From NCBI RefSeq assembly GCF_032062105.1, contig NW_026926947.1, positions 62,001 through 126,000 on the forward strand: a stretch of DNA of 64,000 nucleotides, in the 5' to 3' direction. How positions within the stretch are numbered: the stretch's first letter is position 1; each line of letters starts with the position of its first letter. The DNA comes from Saccostrea cucullata (taxonomy: Eukaryota). The translations under genes were made by a program, and so were the position numbers. Shown piece after piece: positions 59,874 through 64,000 of this stretch. The notes under the pieces are model-generated. The model was given only the letters and a program-made list of their open reading frames with translations. It made no database searches and was not told where the DNA came from.

Positions 59874-61584
59874 CAAGTCTTCAAGATATATAATTTATAT
59901 GTGCATGCAGTTAAAATGGCCTATATCTAATTCCTATACCTGTGCCGTATTTAAATGAAATAATTATTTGTTATTCTTCCTCTGGTATCATACTACTTAT
60001 GAAGTCAAAAACAGATATTCTTGAGGAAAATGAAAATAAAAAAGAAAATGTTCCCCGGGAGACTCTGGAAAAATGGGAAACTCTGAAAACCGAATTGGTG
60101 GAAATTGAAGATGAAAACAATGGAAATCAAATGGTTGGTATAGGACAAGTTCAAATCCCAGATTTACTCGATAAGAAGGTAATCAAAGTTCCAAACTATT
60201 CCTGTCGTACTCTTAATGTTTACCCAATTAAGTTTATAAGGAAAAAGAAAATCAGGAAATATTACGTTGTTAGTTTGTTCCTCAGTTGGTCATCGACGTT
60301 GAACATTCGTCGTAAAAAGTGGGGTAAAAACTTAGCAGACTTTAAAAAACTGAACAAAGTACTTTAAACCTTATGAATGTTACCGTTTTGAATAAGTTTT
60401 TATTTGTTTAATTCTGTTCTAAATTCAATGGCGACTGGTTTCAAATGATAGATTTGATAATAATGATTTTTGTTCATTTAGAATAAATTGATTCTCAAAG
60501 GAAACAGCGATGTCTGCACTGAACACAACTCTGAAGTTCAGAACGTTTGCATTACTTGTAAAGAAAAGCTGTGTTCTGTTTGCTCTAAATCTCATGGGTT
60601 AGAAGCCGGGAAAGATGTCCATCAGATATTACCCTTGCTACAATTTCTAGGCGATAAGTTTCCTTGCGCCAAATGCAAAATAAGTGCTTCTTATCACTGT
60701 CATTCCTGCAACTTTGATTTTTGCAACGAATGTAGAATCCGTCATCAATCCGACGTACTGATTGACCATGCATGGCTGGATATCACAACGCATGCCTTAA
60801 TCCTTGAAAGTAAATCAAGGCCCCTTTGTGGTGTCTGCAGTGGGTCCGATATAATTGAGGCACATTCCTTCTGCCAAACCTGTAAACCTTTGCTTCCTCT
60901 CTGCGAAAGATGTTCCAAAAAACACGAGAAAGCTTTTTCAACGCACAGTCTTTGCCCTGGTTTGCCACCAAAAAATGAAGAAACCGAGAGTCAAGTGGAC
61001 GATGATAAATTCTCTGTCAAATGCATTCCCTGTAAATATGAGAATGAAAGTAACAATGCCACTTCATTCTGTCAAACCTGCAATGAACCTGAACCGATGT
61101 GCTCAACATGTGCAACGCAGCATACTCGAGAGAGAAAAACACGTAATCACAAACTTTGTAGCGATCTTGAAAAGCTTCTTCGAAGTAAACGAATAGAGAA
61201 CGATCCACTATGTGAAAATTGTGCATTTAATGACATTACGTCCACAGCTATTGGATTTTGTCTTAATTGTGATGAGCCAGAGCCTTTGTGCAAAAACTGT
61301 ATAACTATGCATTTAAAACAAAAAATTTTCCGGAATCATCAAATTTGTTACGAGTTAGAAAAAATCAAAACTGATTTAGTTAAAGGGGCAAAGGTGTTGT
61401 ACTGCGAGCCTTGTTCTTTTGAGAAAGAGAACCACATTGCTACACATTTTTGTCTTGATTGTGATGAACCCGAACCACTATGCCAGGAATGTGCTACACA
61501 TCATCTCAAACAACGAAATGGCAGAGGACACAAGCTTTGTGACGATATTGAAAAAATTTCCCAGTCAACTATTTTGAGTGATAG
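58995..61584 (+). CDS. Paralogue 3 (partial, continues beyond window): six tandem B-box zinc fingers
   Basis: join(58995-59021,60005-60178,60482-61584...). The 1.1-kb exon has six B-boxes, the last closely matching B-box 3 of copy 1 (CEPC.FE...AT.FCLDC.EPEP.C..CA..HL.Q..GRGH). It ends at AG|GTAAG in phase 2, as copy 1 exon 4 does. The first two exons are less certain. Confidence 0.8.
59145..59873 (-). mobile_element. Cg170-like HINE, same family as 8774-10286, intronic
   Basis: Near-identical termini, ~3 satellite units, (GACA/GACG)n microsatellite. Confidence 0.88.
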
Positions 61585-61630
61585 GTAAGATCGATCACAA
61601 ATAGTTCTATGCAGATTACATCGTTTTCGT

Positions 61631-61966
61631 TTATTATGCCCCCCGCTTGAAAAGTGAGAGGGTATACTGTAATCGGTATGTCCGTCCGTCTGTGTTTACG
61701 TCCTTCCGTCCGTCTGTTACGCTTTGGGGTACCCATCTCTTATCTGCAACTCCTCTTATACCACTCAGTGAAATTTAATGACAATTTAATTTTCTCAGAA
61801 TCTTTATTACATATTGTACCATTGTTCACCTCCTATTTTACTTTTTGATTCGACACATATTTTGGGTTTTTCCCGGCCACAGCAAAACATGGACTTTGCT
61901 ATTATAACCATATGGGAGGCGGGGGCATCATTTAGTGAGCTCATTGCTCACAATGCCTCTAGTTTT
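61631..61966 (+). mobile_element. Short HINE, intronic
   Basis: IR ATGCCCCC(C)GC / GCGGGGGCAT; (GTCC)n; 3' hairpin GTGAGC-TCATT-GCTCAC; CTAGTTTT end. Confidence 0.75.
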
Positions 61967-62038
61967 CCTTTATATATTCAAATCGACATTTACAGAAAAC
62001 CTTATAATTCAAACTTATTAAAACACATACATGTATAC

Positions 62039-64000
62039 TGTTATGGGTCAGAATTACCCGAAATGCCAGCAAAGATCAATAACACAGTTTAAACCTAACA
62101 ATAATTTATTTACAGTAATATATAATAAATATATCAAACATAAAGTACAAACTTAGCAAGAATCTAAAAATACATACATCAGAGTGTCCGTTGCTGCACA
62201 CAATGTCCCAGTGAAAATATATCCCATTTATATCTAAATAGTGCTTATACGACAAAGTATTGTATTTGCATCGAATTGACAGGGTATTTATATAGTATCA
62301 TAAATCTAGAAAATTCTAGAAATTATTAAAACATGTTATTACTGGAACAATCTGGACATACACAAAATTTAAGAATGTTCTAGATCAAATGACCGAACAT
62401 GTTGACCACGCTGGAATTTTCAAGAAACTTAATGTTACTAATTATATACATAATGAAACAATACACATCTCACAACACCTCCCCCCTTAAAAAGTTTGAA
62501 TGTCAATGAAAAACTTAAGTTGTAAAACATGTACATTAATACAAAATCTAGTATGTTTACGATACTCTTGACAAGGCGTCTGCAATAACATTGTCTTTGC
62601 CTTTGATATGCTTAACTGTTATGTTGTATTCTTGTAACAACAAACTCCATCTAGTCAGTCTTTGATTCTTGTTTGACAATTTGTGCAAAAATGTCAGGGG
62701 GTTGTGATCTGTATATACAAGAATTGGATGCAAAGTAACATTCAGATAAACATCAAAATGCTGTAAGGCTAACAACAAAGCAAGGCATTCCTTTTCATTG
62801 GTGGAATACTTTTGTTGAAATTTTTTATGTTTATTTGAAAAATAAGAAACAACTCTATCTACCTTATCACTATGTTCTTGAAACAAAGCTGCCCCGATTC
62901 CAACATCACTAGCATCAACAGTAAGCTTAAATTGCTTAGAAAAATCTGGAGTTGACAGAACTGGGTTGCTCATAAGGACAGATTTGATTTTATGAAAGGA
63001 TTTTTCACAGCCCTTTGTCCATTTAAAGTTAACCCTCTTTTGTAAAAGATTTGTAAATGGACTAATAACTGAGGAAAATATTGGACAAAATTTTCTGTAA
63101 AACCCAGCCATGCCCAAAAACCTCATTAATTCTTTCTTGTTTGTAGGAATCGGGAACTTTGCAATAGCTTCCACTTTAGCCATAATGGGTGTAACATAAC
63201 CTTGACCTACTTTATGACCTAAATACTCTACATAAGCATGACAAAATTCGCTCTTCTCAAGATTCACAGTTAAGTTTGCTTTAGCTAAAATGTCAAATAA
63301 AGCACGCATGATTCGGAGATGTTCGTCCCATGTGTTGCTGTATATGACGACATCATCAATGTAGGCCTCGCATCCCTCAAGGTCTTGAAGAAGGGAGTGA
63401 ACCATCCTTTGGAATGTAGCCGGTGCGTTTTTCATGCCAAAAGGCATTACTTTATACTGGTAAAGTCCATCTGGTGTTGCAAAAGCAGATATTTCTTTTG
63501 CTCTTTCTGTTAACGGTACTTGCCAGTAGCCTTTCAATAGGTCAAATTTACTGACAAATTTCGCGTTTCCAATGTTGTCAATGCAGTCATCGATTCTAGG
63601 TATTGGATATGAATCAGTTTTGGTAACAGAATTCACCTTTCTAAAGTCTGTACATAATCGGTAGGTACCGTCCTGTTTTGGTATAAGAATACACGGTGAC
63701 CTCCAATCACTTTTACTAGATTCAACAATGTCATTGTCCAACATGTACTGCACTTCCCTTCTTAGGTACTGCAATTTTATTGGATTCAGACGGTACGGAT
63801 GTTGTTTGATAGGCAGAACGTCACTCACTATGACATCATGACAAGCTGCATTAGTTTTCTTTGGAACATCCGAAAAGATTTGATGATACTCATTCATCAA
63901 GTTTTTAACTTGTTCTTTTTGGTGAATGTTCAAATGTCCAAGTTTGGCATCAAAATCAGCCAAAATTTCCTATTTCTGGCATTTTTGTCATACCACATTT
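62039..64000 (-). mobile_element. 3' end of a Gypsy LTR retrotransposon (Gmr1-like domain order)
   Basis: TG..CA LTR 62039-62477; PPT AAGGGGGGAGG abutting 62478; RT-RNase H ORF stops ~80 bp before the LTR. Confidence 0.85.
62557..63963 (-). CDS. pol: Reverse transcriptase-RNase H (C-terminal part of Pol)
   Basis: HPYR, CTDFRKVN, FDLLKGYWQ, MPFGMKNAPATFQ, YIDD, VDASDVGIG, DHNPL, IADALSR*. Confidence 0.93.
   Translation of the reverse strand: MADFDAKLGHLNIHQKEQVKNLMNEYHQIFSDVPKKTNAACHDVIVSDVLPIKQHPYRLNPIKLQYLRREVQYMLDNDIVESSKSDWRSPCILIPKQDGTYRLCTDFRKVNSVTKTDSYPIPRIDDCIDNIGNAKFVSKFDLLKGYWQVPLTERAKEISAFATPDGLYQYKVMPFGMKNAPATFQRMVHSLLQDLEGCEAYIDDVVIYSNTWDEHLRIMRALFDILAKANLTVNLEKSEFCHAYVEYLGHKVGQGYVTPIMAKVEAIAKFPIPTNKKELMRFLGMAGFYRKFCPIFSSVISPFTNLLQKRVNFKWTKGCEKSFHKIKSVLMSNPVLSTPDFSKQFKLTVDASDVGIGAALFQEHSDKVDRVVSYFSNKHKKFQQKYSTNEKECLALLLALQHFDVYLNVTLHPILVYTDHNPLTFLHKLSNKNQRLTRWSLLLQEYNITVKHIKGKDNVIADALSRVS

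Overview
AT-rich, repeat-dense eukaryotic DNA with spliceosomal introns, most likely a bivalve (oyster-like, inferred from Cg170-type 166-bp satellite elements and a Deu/Nin-like SINE). Host genes: an intronless ankyrin-repeat/SOCS-box gene (+, ~11.4-12.5 kb), head-to-head with a small unknown multi-exon gene (-); and a tandem cluster of three B-box paralogues (+). The cluster has an intact 8-exon, 946-aa gene with 3x B-box, FN3, a septin/AIG1-like P-loop GTPase, a Cys/His cluster and a coiled coil (34481-38410). A second copy keeps an open B-box half but has a degraded GTPase half (44128-50887). A third copy has six B-boxes and runs off the window (58995 to beyond 61584). Mobile DNA includes a young, intact Gypsy LTR retrotransposon with a chromodomain-like tail (20861-28500); the 3' end of a Gmr1-type Gypsy; a 354-bp TRIM whose two LTRs each contain a tRNA-like Pol III unit (38800-39153); several satellite-carrying Helentron-like elements; SINEs; LINE and Penelope fragments; and many MITEs and palindromes. 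There is one 133-N gap. All calls were made by eye, without database searches.
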